A DNA stretch of 64,000 nucleotides from a virus (IMGVR_UViG_3300021400_000761:24094-88093), one strand, 5' to 3'. Numbered from the stretch's first letter, positions 9,472-18,540 are shown. The notes: a model not told the origin generated them from the letters alone. Numbers and translations: made by a program.

Positions 9472-10670
9472 ATAAAACTCTAGTATCTTTAGACAGTAAA
9501 GGTAAAATTAGAGTTGTTGAAATAAGTTATGATTGGAGTCCTACGGATAATGGTTTTGTTATTCGTAGGATTACTGGTCAACTTGGAGGCAAACAAACTC
9601 AACAACCAGATATTTTAGTTGAGAAAGGTAAAGCTGGAAGAACAGTGACTGAACAAACAGTACTTCAGTTTAATTCTCATCTTAAAAAGTATCTAGATAA
9701 AGGTTATAAAGAATGGGAAGATATTCTAGACGAAGCTAAAATTAAAGAAGCTTTAGGTGATATCAAGACAGGTCAAGATGGAATGATTAAACCAATGTTG
9801 GCTAAACAGGCCGATAAGGTTGCTAATAAGTTCTTTGATAGAGATTTCTACGGCTCAAGAAAACTTAATGGAGTTAGATGCCTTATTTACTATAAAAATG
9901 GTGAGATACATACATCATCAAGAGGAGCAATTAATTATGATTTAGCTATCTATCATATAATTAATCATCCAACTTTAATCAAATTCTTTGAAAATAATCC
10001 TACAATTATATTAGATGGCGAGATTTATGTTCATGGTTGGACACTCAACAAGATAAGTGGTTTATGCAGACATATAGAAAAGATTTCTGCTACTGAGCCA
10101 TTGCAATTTTATTGGTACGATATTTACGATACTGCAAATCCAAATTTGGTATTTGCAGATCGCCTTGATTTAATGGAACAATGGGCTGATAACGAACTTC
10201 AGCTTAAAGAATTTAACCCAGAACGTGAGTGGAAAGAAGGAGAACTTAAGATTCAACTCTTACCACAAACTCCAATGACTGGGTGGTCAACTATTAAGAA
10301 GTATCACGATAAATATGTTGCTGAAGGATTTGAAGGTCTTGTGATCCGTAAAATAGACGCTGTTTATGGACCTGGTAAGCGCAGCAATGATATGATTAAA
10401 GTGAAGGAATATTCTGACAGTGAGTTTGAGATTGTAGGATTATCTGAAGGTCTTCGTGATGAGGATATGTGCTTTATAATGAAGACAGAAGATGGACAAG
10501 AGTTTAAAGCAAAACCTCACGGTGATCGCGCTCAAAAACAATGGTATCGTGAACACTTAGATGAACTTATAGGTAAGATGGCTACTATTAAATACTTTGA
10601 AATGTCGGGTAAAGAAGGTAGCTCAATTCCTCAACAACCACAATTTGTATGTGTAAGAGACTATGAATAA
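9468..10670 (+). CDS. lig: ATP-dependent DNA ligase
   Basis: Motifs KPMLA, RKLNGVRC (adenylated Lys), LDGEIY, EGFEGLVIR and MIKVK, plus an OB-domain tail. Confidence 0.93.
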   Translation: MNKTLVSLDSKGKIRVVEISYDWSPTDNGFVIRRITGQLGGKQTQQPDILVEKGKAGRTVTEQTVLQFNSHLKKYLDKGYKEWEDILDEAKIKEALGDIKTGQDGMIKPMLAKQADKVANKFFDRDFYGSRKLNGVRCLIYYKNGEIHTSSRGAINYDLAIYHIINHPTLIKFFENNPTIILDGEIYVHGWTLNKISGLCRHIEKISATEPLQFYWYDIYDTANPNLVFADRLDLMEQWADNELQLKEFNPEREWKEGELKIQLLPQTPMTGWSTIKKYHDKYVAEGFEGLVIRKIDAVYGPGKRSNDMIKVKEYSDSEFEIVGLSEGLRDEDMCFIMKTEDGQEFKAKPHGDRAQKQWYREHLDELIGKMATIKYFEMSGKEGSSIPQQPQFVCVRDYE

Positions 10671-10896
10671 TAAGAGAATATATTGCGTTGACACTAAAGT
10701 AGAAACGTTTATCCGAGAATGGTATTATGCAGATTCAGATGAAGATGCTATTGAGAAAGCTAAGAAGGACGATTATGAAGCTATAGACTCTGAAATGTTA
10801 CCCGAATTTTCATCTTATCCTAAAGGCGAAACTGGTGAATGTTATATGGAAGTATATGATTCTAATTATGAACCAATATATAATAACTTATGGTAA
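10663..10896 (+). CDS. small protein, DpnD/PcfM-like motif
   Basis: YYADSDEDAIEKAK motif after a beta-hairpin-like segment. Confidence 0.5.
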   Translation: MNNKRIYCVDTKVETFIREWYYADSDEDAIEKAKKDDYEAIDSEMLPEFSSYPKGETGECYMEVYDSNYEPIYNNLW

Positions 10897-11096
10897 ATAA
10901 ACTTTACAATTCAACAGTCGATATTGTACACGATTTTGGAACTATAACTATTCCTATCTCTGAATTTATAGATAAAGAAGATCTTCAAGATATAGTTGAA
11001 GATAATCTAAATATGCGAGATCTTATGTGGGAAATTCAAGACTTAGCGTATGAATATTTCACAAGTACTTTAAAAGTTGAGGTCAATGGTTTGTAA
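10890..11096 (+). CDS. hypothetical protein
   Basis: 68-aa acidic ORF. Confidence 0.6.
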   Translation: MVNKLYNSTVDIVHDFGTITIPISEFIDKEDLQDIVEDNLNMRDLMWEIQDLAYEYFTSTLKVEVNGL

Positions 11097-11505
11097 TAAG
11101 GATAACATTATTATTATTAGTCCAAAGCTATTAATGCGTGGACCAGCTTATGGCTGTGAAGAAAAAACTAAAGATGATTGGTTGTATTGTGAAAAAGGTC
11201 ATAATCTATCAGTATTTGGATTCGATGATTGGTTATTACTAGAAACCAAAGGTACCGATTTTGAACTTTATAATAACAATGACCGTTTAGCTAGATGTTC
11301 TATTACAAATAATCAAATAGCTGTAGTATTTGAAGATAATATCAATGATTATAATCCATACTTTAAAAGATGGTTCGAAGAACATCCGTTTAAAGCAATT
11401 CGTATTCCAGAGTTTGATGGGAATATTTATATCGATGGGGATAAAATCGTTGGAAAAAAGGATGGGTTAGTTTTTGAAAGCTATATAATAAATGAAGACG
11501 TATAA
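11086..11505 (+). CDS. hypothetical protein
   Basis: ATG at 11086; 139 aa. Confidence 0.65.
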   Translation: MVCNKDNIIIISPKLLMRGPAYGCEEKTKDDWLYCEKGHNLSVFGFDDWLLLETKGTDFELYNNNDRLARCSITNNQIAVVFEDNINDYNPYFKRWFEEHPFKAIRIPEFDGNIYIDGDKIVGKKDGLVFESYIINEDV

Positions 11506-11704
11506 AATTGACTATGAAATGTCAGGTACTATTACTGACGCTTGCAGAGCTTGGGTTCGCGCTGAATCTGAAGAACAAGCAATTCAGTATTTAAAAAGCT
11601 GGGATTGGGATCAAATTGAAGATACTGAAATTCTAGATACTCAATACGATGACGATTATGATATTGTTGAAATAGAAAACATAATCGAGGAAAATGATAA
11701 TTAA
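11492..11704 (+). CDS. small acidic protein, DpnD/PcfM-like motif
   Basis: MKTYKIDYEM...WVRAESEEQAIQYLK. Confidence 0.55.
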   Translation: MKTYKIDYEMSGTITDACRAWVRAESEEQAIQYLKSWDWDQIEDTEILDTQYDDDYDIVEIENIIEENDN

Positions 11705-13574
11705 AGGGCTTCCTGTATATGTATATGATGTTGAAGTCTTTCCTAATGCATTTACTTGTACTATAAAAAATTCTGAAACTGGAGAATATATTATCTTTGA
11801 AATCTCTGAAAGAAAAAATCAAGTTTGGGATATAATTGATTTCTTTACAAGTGGTGGTAAAATGATTTGTGGATATAATAATATACATTATGATAATCCA
11901 ATCATAAATTTCTTAATTGATAACAAAGAAGCAGCACTATCTACTACTTATAATATAATCTGTCAGGATATATTTACATTGAGTCAAGAAATAATTAACA
12001 GTAAAGATCATAATTTTACATCTTGGTCTAAATGGAAATATATGAATTATTTTCCAACTCTTGATTTACTTACAATGTTATTTTCTCAAAAACTTCGTTG
12101 TGGCTTGAAAGAAATGCAAGTCACAATGAAGTTTAGAAATGTACAAGAATATGAAGGAGACTTTGATAGATGGTTACCTGTCTCAGAGATTGATAACGTC
12201 ATAAAATACAATATCAACGACGTTGATAGTACTGAAGAATTACTTAATCGCTGTAAAGAAGAAATAGAATTAAGAGAAGGTATCGAGAAGGAATTTGGAA
12301 TATCTGTATTAAGTAAAGATGGTATGACTATTGGTACAGAAATTCTAAAAACTAAATATCTTGAAAAAACAGGTAAGAAATGGAAAGATATTAAAGATTT
12401 AGGTACTCCTTGTGATATAATAGATCTCAATGAAGTAATATTTCCATTTATAAAGTTTGATACTCCAGTTCTACAAGACTTACTAACTGAAATGAAACAA
12501 CAAAAAGTTAGTGCTGGTCGTAAAGGTTATGAAAAACATTTCTTATTAGATAATGTTGAAGTAACTGTAGGAGTTGGAGGTATCCATACTAAAAATGATC
12601 CTGAGAAGATTATACCTGACCCTGAAACAGAACTTCTTCTTGACAGCGATGTAAATTCACTATACCCGAGTCTTATTATAGCTTATCATTTAGTACCTCC
12701 ACAGCTTGGTGAAGAATTTGAAGAAATCTATGGTGAAATTAGAGAAGATAGATTATATGCCAAACATCATCCAGAAATTCCAGGTAATAAAATTAAGAAT
12801 AGTACATATAAATTAGCCCTAAATGGTGCTACAGGTAATTATCAGAATGAACATAGTTGGTTATACAGTCCTTTCACTGTAATGCAAATTCGAATTAATG
12901 GCCAATTACTACTCTTACGATTAACAGAGATGTTACTTGCTGTTGGTGCTAGACTTAAACAATTAAATACGGATGGTGTACTTTATACAATACCAAAATC
13001 TGTAGATTATCAAGCTATTCTTAAGAAATGGGAAGAAGAAACTAAACTAACTCTCGAAACTGAAGAATACGAAGCGTTTTATCAGTTTGCAATTAATGAT
13101 TATCTTGCAGTAGGTAAAGGATATAAAGAAACTCACAATCCGAAACTGTTAAAAAAGAAAGGGTTGTTCATTGATACTGTAACTTTGGGTAAAGGTATGC
13201 AGCCAATGATTATACCTAAAGCATTAAATGCGTATTTTGCAGACGGTATTCCTCCTGAAGAAACGGTAATGAATAGTCAAGACATTAACGATTTTATAAC
13301 TTATCAGAAAGTAGATAAGAAGTTTAAAGTGATATATGAAGATAAAGTTATTACTAGAATTAATCGGTATTATGTTGCTAAAAATGCACCTTATCTATTT
13401 AAGCAAAAGTCTGGTGGAAATCTGGAAAATTTATTAAAAGCATCTGGAGTTAGAATTGTTAATGATTTGACAAAAATTAAAGAATTTCCAAAAGATATTA
13501 ATTATAATTACTATCTTGCAGAAATTCGTAAAATTATTAGTAAATTTGAAAATAAAGTATTATCTTTATGGTAA
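11694..13574 (+). CDS. polB: family B DNA polymerase with 3'-5' exonuclease
   Basis: Exo I YDVEVF, Exo II GYNNIHYD, Exo III YNINDV; polymerase motif A DVNSLYPS, B KLALNGATG, C QLNTDG. Confidence 0.95.
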   Translation: MIIKGLPVYVYDVEVFPNAFTCTIKNSETGEYIIFEISERKNQVWDIIDFFTSGGKMICGYNNIHYDNPIINFLIDNKEAALSTTYNIICQDIFTLSQEIINSKDHNFTSWSKWKYMNYFPTLDLLTMLFSQKLRCGLKEMQVTMKFRNVQEYEGDFDRWLPVSEIDNVIKYNINDVDSTEELLNRCKEEIELREGIEKEFGISVLSKDGMTIGTEILKTKYLEKTGKKWKDIKDLGTPCDIIDLNEVIFPFIKFDTPVLQDLLTEMKQQKVSAGRKGYEKHFLLDNVEVTVGVGGIHTKNDPEKIIPDPETELLLDSDVNSLYPSLIIAYHLVPPQLGEEFEEIYGEIREDRLYAKHHPEIPGNKIKNSTYKLALNGATGNYQNEHSWLYSPFTVMQIRINGQLLLLRLTEMLLAVGARLKQLNTDGVLYTIPKSVDYQAILKKWEEETKLTLETEEYEAFYQFAINDYLAVGKGYKETHNPKLLKKKGLFIDTVTLGKGMQPMIIPKALNAYFADGIPPEETVMNSQDINDFITYQKVDKKFKVIYEDKVITRINRYYVAKNAPYLFKQKSGGNLENLLKASGVRIVNDLTKIKEFPKDINYNYYLAEIRKIISKFENKVLSLW

Positions 13575-13720
13575 AATCATACGGGTATAAATCTCCTATA
13601 TTTGTTTCTTCTAACAATAAAACAATCGTTTATTGTCCTATTTATCTTACAAAACAAATAGGTTTACGAAATTATACATATGGGTATTTATACAATTTTA
13701 AAAATTTTCTTAAAGAGATA
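13568..13720 (+). CDS. small hypothetical protein (50 aa)
   Basis: Not in the ORF track. MVKSYGYKSPIFV... fills the gap after polB; ends TAA. Confidence 0.45.
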
Positions 13721-13727
13721 AAATATT

Positions 13728-13913
13728 ATGGGAGGTATAACATTTAGTGGTTCTAAAAATGCTAGAGCTACAGAAAGACTATTAAGTGAAATTGTAAGTT
13801 TTCTCTTTGAGCAGAAATACGGAGAAATGAAATACTTTACTGAACCTCAGAAAAAGTCATTAGAGAAAGTAAGTAGAGATTTACAAAGAGTTATAAAGAA
13901 AGCAAATGGATAG
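13728..13913 (+). CDS. hypothetical protein; the only early ORF seen ending in TAG (TGA backup at 13917-13919)
   Basis: ...AAT GGA TAG ATA TGA. Confidence 0.65.
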   Translation: MGGITFSGSKNARATERLLSEIVSFLFEQKYGEMKYFTEPQKKSLEKVSRDLQRVIKKANG

Positions 13914-14202
13914 ATATGATTGTAGTGTTGAGAATGTAGATACTCAGCAATATGTAGAAAGTATTTTAGGAAAACCTAGATTCAAATGGGAATATTTAAT
14001 TCCTGGGTTTGGATTAAAGCTTTTAGCCGAAGATATGTGGAGTTACGATAATCTTTATAAAGAAGTAACTTCAGCAAAAAGTGCTATAAAAAAGTTAAGA
14101 AAAGGTGAAGAACTAACAATAGAAGAAGATCTTGCAAGAAGACATTACATTTGGGAAAACTTTGACGGTTGGATAGGTTCAAGAAAATGGCAGACAGAGT
14201 AA
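13906..14202 (+). CDS. hypothetical protein
   Basis: 98-aa ORF. Confidence 0.65.
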   Translation: MDRYDCSVENVDTQQYVESILGKPRFKWEYLIPGFGLKLLAEDMWSYDNLYKEVTSAKSAIKKLRKGEELTIEEDLARRHYIWENFDGWIGSRKWQTE

Positions 14203-14507
14203 ATCATCCATCACATTATACCTGGCTTAAGGACAAATGTGGTGTAGAAGTTATTGATATAACTAGACATCTAGATTTTGATTTAGGTAATGCTCTAAAA
14301 TATACCTTACGAGCAGGTCATAAGTCAGAATCTGGTATGTCTAGTTTAGATAAAGCTATTGAAGATCTAGAGAAAGCAATTTTTTATTTGAAAGATAAAA
14401 TCAAACTATTAGAAAATGAAAAATACTCAGACGACAATACATACCCAAAAATTAACTGGGTATGTAGCCAAACCCAAGATGACTACAAAACGGTATATAA
14501 GAATTGA
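14187..14507 (+). CDS. DUF3310 (SaV-like) family protein
   Basis: DRVNHPSHYT...EVIDI...FDLGNALKYTLRAGHK. Confidence 0.85.
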   Translation: MADRVNHPSHYTWLKDKCGVEVIDITRHLDFDLGNALKYTLRAGHKSESGMSSLDKAIEDLEKAIFYLKDKIKLLENEKYSDDNTYPKINWVCSQTQDDYKTVYKN

Positions 14508-14610
14508 AGGCTCATTACAAGATAAATTTTCACAAATCAGTGAAGATATATTTGTCGTGGGCAAGTATATGTTTGTACCTGAAGAATTATTTGAAAAAAC
14601 ATTGTCATGA
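14416..14610 (+). CDS. hypothetical protein
   Basis: 64-aa ORF overlapping DUF3310; the true start may be further downstream. Confidence 0.4.
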   Translation: MKNTQTTIHTQKLTGYVAKPKMTTKRYIRIEGSLQDKFSQISEDIFVVGKYMFVPEELFEKTLS

Positions 14611-14846
14611 AACTATTAAAATTTACTGCAAGTTGGTGTTCAAGTTGTAAGCAACAATCTAAAATTCTAGAGGATTTTAATGATATTCCTGTAGAAGAAA
14701 TAGATGTTGAAGAGCAGTTTGAATTAGCCAATGAATATGGAATTAGAAATTTACCAACAATAATTCTATTAGATAATGAAGGAAAAGAAAAATATAGATT
14801 TATTGGAGTAACACCTCTTGATAAGATTATAGATTTCTTAAAATGA
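14607..14846 (+). CDS. trxA: thioredoxin
   Basis: KFTASWCSSCK (WCxxC), YGIRNLPT and RFIG. Confidence 0.88.
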   Translation: MKLLKFTASWCSSCKQQSKILEDFNDIPVEEIDVEEQFELANEYGIRNLPTIILLDNEGKEKYRFIGVTPLDKIIDFLK

Positions 14847-15022
14847 ATAAGGCAGGTTTTTATATATTTATAATACTAAATGTTTTAGCTAGCATAATGT
14901 GTATATTAGGAATATTATATCTAAACTCAATCTTCTGGTATACTTATCTTATTTTTCTTATGATAAATTATTATTATACGTTAACTAAAGACTTTGAATT
15001 TAATCAATATATAAAGAAATGA
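14843..15022 (+). CDS. small membrane protein with two predicted TM helices (59 aa)
   Basis: Not in the ORF track. MNKAGFYIFIILNVLASIMCILGILYLNSIFWYTYLIFLMINYYY...KK, with ATGA overlaps on both sides. Confidence 0.65.
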   Translation: MNKAGFYIFIILNVLASIMCILGILYLNSIFWYTYLIFLMINYYYTLTKDFEFNQYIKK

Positions 15023-15933
15023 AGTTAATTAATCCGAGTTTTGAAATAATTCAACAAGAAGTTCCAACAATTAAACTTGATAAAGATAGATATGTTCTGC
15101 ATGGAGAACTCATAGAAGATGCTAAGAAACAAATAGAATTAGCTGGAAGAATATGCTATAAATCGGAAGATAAAATAACAGAAGATTCTTATAAAAAGTT
15201 CTTTGAAATGATTAAATCTAAGGAACATTTATCTGTTCTAGAACATGGGACTATTTATCTTAAGATTGTAGTAGGTTCTCCAATGTATGATGATCATTAT
15301 CTTAAAAAAGCAGATATAGTTCAAATCTTTAAAAAGAATCCTTATTCTAAGGTAGTTGAAAATAGAGAAGAGCTTGCTTATGAAGGAATATCAATGGAAA
15401 GTATTCCTGCATTTTATATAACTACTAATTATAGGGTTATAGAAGAAATGTTTACAGGTGGAGGCACATTTAAAACTAAACCTTCTGATGTGTTTGAATA
15501 TTTAAGTTTGCCGACTGAATACCATAAGAAAAGAATATCTGTAAAGTTTACTTGTTCTAGAGCTATAGCACAAGAATTAACAAGACATCGTGTGTTTAGT
15601 TTTAGTATGGAATCTCAAAGATACTGTAATTACTCTAAAGGAAAATTTAATAATGAGATTACTTTTATCCAACCACAATACAGTATCAATAATCCGAGAT
15701 TTGAAAAAGCGTTACAAGATTCTGAAAATGCATATTTTTATCTTCTTAGTATTGGACAAACTCCACAAGAAGCTAGAGAGGTATTACCTAATGCTACTAA
15801 AACTGAATTATTTATGACTGGTTATATAGATGATTGGAAAGATCTCTTTAAGTTGAGAATTGCTGAAAACGCACATCCAGAAATGCGTAGACTGATTATT
15901 CCATTACAAAAAGAGTTTGAAAATGTACAGTGA
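15019..15933 (+). CDS. thyX: flavin-dependent thymidylate synthase
   Basis: HLSVLEHG, ELTRHRVFSFSMESQRYC (ThyX motif), AREVLPNA and AHPEMR. Confidence 0.95.
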   Translation: MKLINPSFEIIQQEVPTIKLDKDRYVLHGELIEDAKKQIELAGRICYKSEDKITEDSYKKFFEMIKSKEHLSVLEHGTIYLKIVVGSPMYDDHYLKKADIVQIFKKNPYSKVVENREELAYEGISMESIPAFYITTNYRVIEEMFTGGGTFKTKPSDVFEYLSLPTEYHKKRISVKFTCSRAIAQELTRHRVFSFSMESQRYCNYSKGKFNNEITFIQPQYSINNPRFEKALQDSENAYFYLLSIGQTPQEAREVLPNATKTELFMTGYIDDWKDLFKLRIAENAHPEMRRLIIPLQKEFENVQ

Positions 15934-16078
15934 TAAAGAAAGCTATTTATGGTATGTAAAGCAAATGGTTAGTCCAAGATGGTTTGAAAAGATGCCAAAA
16001 GAATTTGTAGCTGCTGTAAGATGTTATCTGGCATTAGTTCAACATATGCGTTATGTTAACGAAAAATATAAGAAATAA
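15923..16078 (+). CDS. small hypothetical protein (51 aa, MYSDKESYLW...)
   Basis: Not in the ORF track; shares its start sequence with the next gene. Confidence 0.55.
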   Translation: MYSDKESYLWYVKQMVSPRWFEKMPKEFVAAVRCYLALVQHMRYVNEKYKK

Positions 16079-16085
16079 GATAAAA

Positions 16086-16235
16086 ATGTACAGTGATAGA
16101 GAAGGATGGGAATATTGGAGAGATATATATCTTAAATATTATCCGTTACCTTTAGAAATATTAAAAATATATAGAATGTATGCTAGATTCTATGCTAGTA
16201 AAGATAAGTTGCTGTATAAAAAGAATAAAAAATGA
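16086..16235 (+). CDS. small hypothetical protein (49 aa, MYSDREGWEY...)
   Basis: ATG at 16086 within the supplied 16053 ORF. Confidence 0.55.
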   Translation: MYSDREGWEYWRDIYLKYYPLPLEILKIYRMYARFYASKDKLLYKKNKK

Positions 16236-16489
16236 AAAAGTTATTGATTTTATTAGTTCTACTAATCGGCGCAACATCTTGTGTAGTAACTGATGAAGTT
16301 CCAACTACTGAAGTAGTATTAAATTATGGAACTCCATATTACTACCAAGATAGATTAGTATACTATTATTATAATGGATATTACTACTATCCTCCTAGGT
16401 ATCCTAGATATAGGCAACCTATTAGACCTGTACCTAGACCACCTAGATATGATGGTAGAAGAGATAATAGGCCTCATCGTAGGCATTAA
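16232..16489 (+). CDS. predicted small lipoprotein with Tyr-rich core and Pro/Arg-rich tail
   Basis: MKKLLILLVLLIGATS-C signal peptide II/lipobox. Confidence 0.7.
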   Translation: MKKLLILLVLLIGATSCVVTDEVPTTEVVLNYGTPYYYQDRLVYYYYNGYYYYPPRYPRYRQPIRPVPRPPRYDGRRDNRPHRRH

Positions 16490-16512
16490 TGTTTAACTTT
16501 AAATTTTTATTT

Positions 16513-17538
16513 ATGCGTAAGTTTTTTATGATTATGGCTGCTGTAGCAGCAATGTTTGTTAACGCTCAGACGTTTGAGCAGAGTAAGTTTATTGATAACA
16601 CCTATGTTCGCATTGATGGAGGTGTAACTGCATTGACACATCCTAGATGCAACGGTTATGAAAATTGGGGTCACACTATTCAAGGTGTAATTGGTGCTGA
16701 GGTTGGTAAGTGGATCACACCTAAGTTTGGTGTTGCATTTGAAGGCGACTTCGGTATTCGCAATGGTAGTAAGTTTGGTTTGTTCCAATACGAGTCAATT
16801 GATCCTCTAAAGAAATCTCAGAACTTTAATTATATGACTATAACAGGTCTTATTAAGGGTAATTTGAGTAACATCTTTGGTGGTTATAAACCTCGTACTG
16901 TTGAATTTGTTTTGGCAACTGGTCCGATGTGGATTCATGGTTATCCTGGCAAGTATTATATGAATGATTTTGGTGTTAAGTTCCAAGGTGAGGTTAATGT
17001 AAATGTTACTAACCGAGTTCAACTTAATTTCATTCCCGAATTTAATTATAATTTGACTGGTTTGTATAGCTATGGAACTAACGAACATCCTCGTTTTGAC
17101 AGCCGTAATTCATGGTATGGTCTAAAGGTTGGTGCTACTTATAAGTTTGGTAAAGAATTTACTGAGTGCCCATTCCAATATACACAAGGTGATATTGATC
17201 ATCTAAATGAGCAAATTAACGAGCTTCGTAACCATCAACCTGAGACTAAGATTGTTGAGAAGGTTGTTGAAGTTAGTGCCAAAATTCCTTACGCCATAGT
17301 AATGTTTGAAAAGAATAGCGCTGAGCTTACCGATAACGCTAAGGAAATGTTGAATGGTATTCAAGGTTCAGTAACAGTTGTTGGTTCTGCTAGTCCAGAA
17401 GGTAGTAAAGTTCGTAACGATGAACTTGCTAATGAGCGTGCAAATGCTGTCGCTAACTATCTTAAGAATCGTGGTGTTAATGTAACTAATACTAATGGAG
17501 ATGCTGCTATTGGCTCTCGTGTAGCTATAATTAAGTAA
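16513..17538 (+). CDS. ompA: OmpA-family outer-membrane protein (signal peptide, beta-barrel, OmpA-like C-terminal domain)
   Basis: Signal MRKFFMIMAAVAAMFVNA-Q; amphipathic strands ending KVGATYKF; coiled linker HLNEQINELR; then VMFEKNSAEL...VVGSASPEG...NDELANERANAVANYL. Confidence 0.85.
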   Translation: MRKFFMIMAAVAAMFVNAQTFEQSKFIDNTYVRIDGGVTALTHPRCNGYENWGHTIQGVIGAEVGKWITPKFGVAFEGDFGIRNGSKFGLFQYESIDPLKKSQNFNYMTITGLIKGNLSNIFGGYKPRTVEFVLATGPMWIHGYPGKYYMNDFGVKFQGEVNVNVTNRVQLNFIPEFNYNLTGLYSYGTNEHPRFDSRNSWYGLKVGATYKFGKEFTECPFQYTQGDIDHLNEQINELRNHQPETKIVEKVVEVSAKIPYAIVMFEKNSAELTDNAKEMLNGIQGSVTVVGSASPEGSKVRNDELANERANAVANYLKNRGVNVTNTNGDAAIGSRVAIIK

Positions 17539-17539
17539 G

Positions 17540-17821
17540 ATGCTTATTGAGGAAAGACTTGATAAAATCGAAAAGACGTTACAAGAAATCCTCAACATTA
17601 TAAAAGAGAATTCTACGCCCATTGACTTTAGTGGGCGTAGATTTCTTGGATTAGAAAACGTCTTTGATATAACAGATAATATCAATCCTATGATTAGACA
17701 GGGTGATATTTATACTGTTAAAGAAAATAATAGTGTTGATTTACATTTTGGTAATAGACATGTAACATTGCAAACTCCTGAGTTAATTTACAAGTATAAC
17801 GATAAAATTCACTGGTTATGA
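17540..17821 (+). CDS. hypothetical protein
   Basis: 93-aa ORF. Confidence 0.6.
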   Translation: MLIEERLDKIEKTLQEILNIIKENSTPIDFSGRRFLGLENVFDITDNINPMIRQGDIYTVKENNSVDLHFGNRHVTLQTPELIYKYNDKIHWL

Positions 17822-17979
17822 AAAGGTACATTTATAATATTCAATATAATAAGCAAGACACAGAATTTGATATGGTTTATGTTGATGCTAATAATCCAAA
17901 AGAAGCATTAGCAAAACTTAAAAGACAATTTCCTGGAGTATATAAGAAACATTTTGTTAGAATCGAAAAGGATTTGTAA
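17818..17979 (+). CDS. small protein (53 aa), DpnD/PcfM-like motif
   Basis: Not in the ORF track. MKRYIYNIQY...VYVDANNPKEALAKLK, coupled at both ends. Confidence 0.55.
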   Translation: MKRYIYNIQYNKQDTEFDMVYVDANNPKEALAKLKRQFPGVYKKHFVRIEKDL

Positions 17980-18272
17980 TGGCTAATATTTGTGAAAATA
18001 CATTTTATGCATACTCAGAAGATCCAAAAAACATCGAGTATATTAAGGAATTTCTTAAAGATAATTTTGAAGCTGATGTTGATTGGGACAATGACTACGT
18101 TAATGCTTATTTTGACTCTAAATGGACATTTCCAGAAGAACTGATGAACGATATGTATGATAACATTCCTAATAAAGAGGATATTTATATGCGTTGTTTA
18201 TCTGTTGAATACGGTTGTTTATATCATGCATTACTAATCGCTGACGAAGATGGTGGATGGAGAGAAGTATAA
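17979..18272 (+). CDS. hypothetical protein (MANICEN... family, ferredoxin-like fold possible)
   Basis: MANICEN...FDSKWTFP...VEYG pattern; function unknown. Confidence 0.55.
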   Translation: MANICENTFYAYSEDPKNIEYIKEFLKDNFEADVDWDNDYVNAYFDSKWTFPEELMNDMYDNIPNKEDIYMRCLSVEYGCLYHALLIADEDGGWREV

Positions 18273-18540
18273 CTTAAAATACGAAAAGCGATACGGCTCA
18301 AGTTTCCGAAATCCTTGGAGTCAAGAAGTTTTGCTTCAAAACGGTATAAGAGGTTTTGGAGGAAATGATCAATGTTTATGGATTCATTCTGGAGCAAATG
18401 CATATTGCTTTATAAAAGATTTTGACAACGTTGAATATTCTCTTAAGCAGTTATCCGCAAGTGAAGCTCAAGATTATCTTGAAAATAATTACGATAGAAA
18501 AGAAAATATTCAAAAAGTTATAGATAAATGGATAAAATAA
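18250..18540 (+). CDS. hypothetical protein
   Basis: 96-aa ORF. Confidence 0.6.
   Translation: MVDGEKYNLKYEKRYGSSFRNPWSQEVLLQNGIRGFGGNDQCLWIHSGANAYCFIKDFDNVEYSLKQLSASEAQDYLENNYDRKENIQKVIDKWIK

Noticed and set aside
14843-15022. Holin call for the two-TM peptide
   Set aside because: There is no endolysin nearby, it lies in the early arm, and topology alone is not enough.
1944-17685. - strand and nested ORFs in the early arm (e.g. 1944-2132, 5270-5470, 12086-12430, 16507-16788, 17368-17685)
   Set aside because: They overlap well-supported + strand genes and lack independent coding signal.
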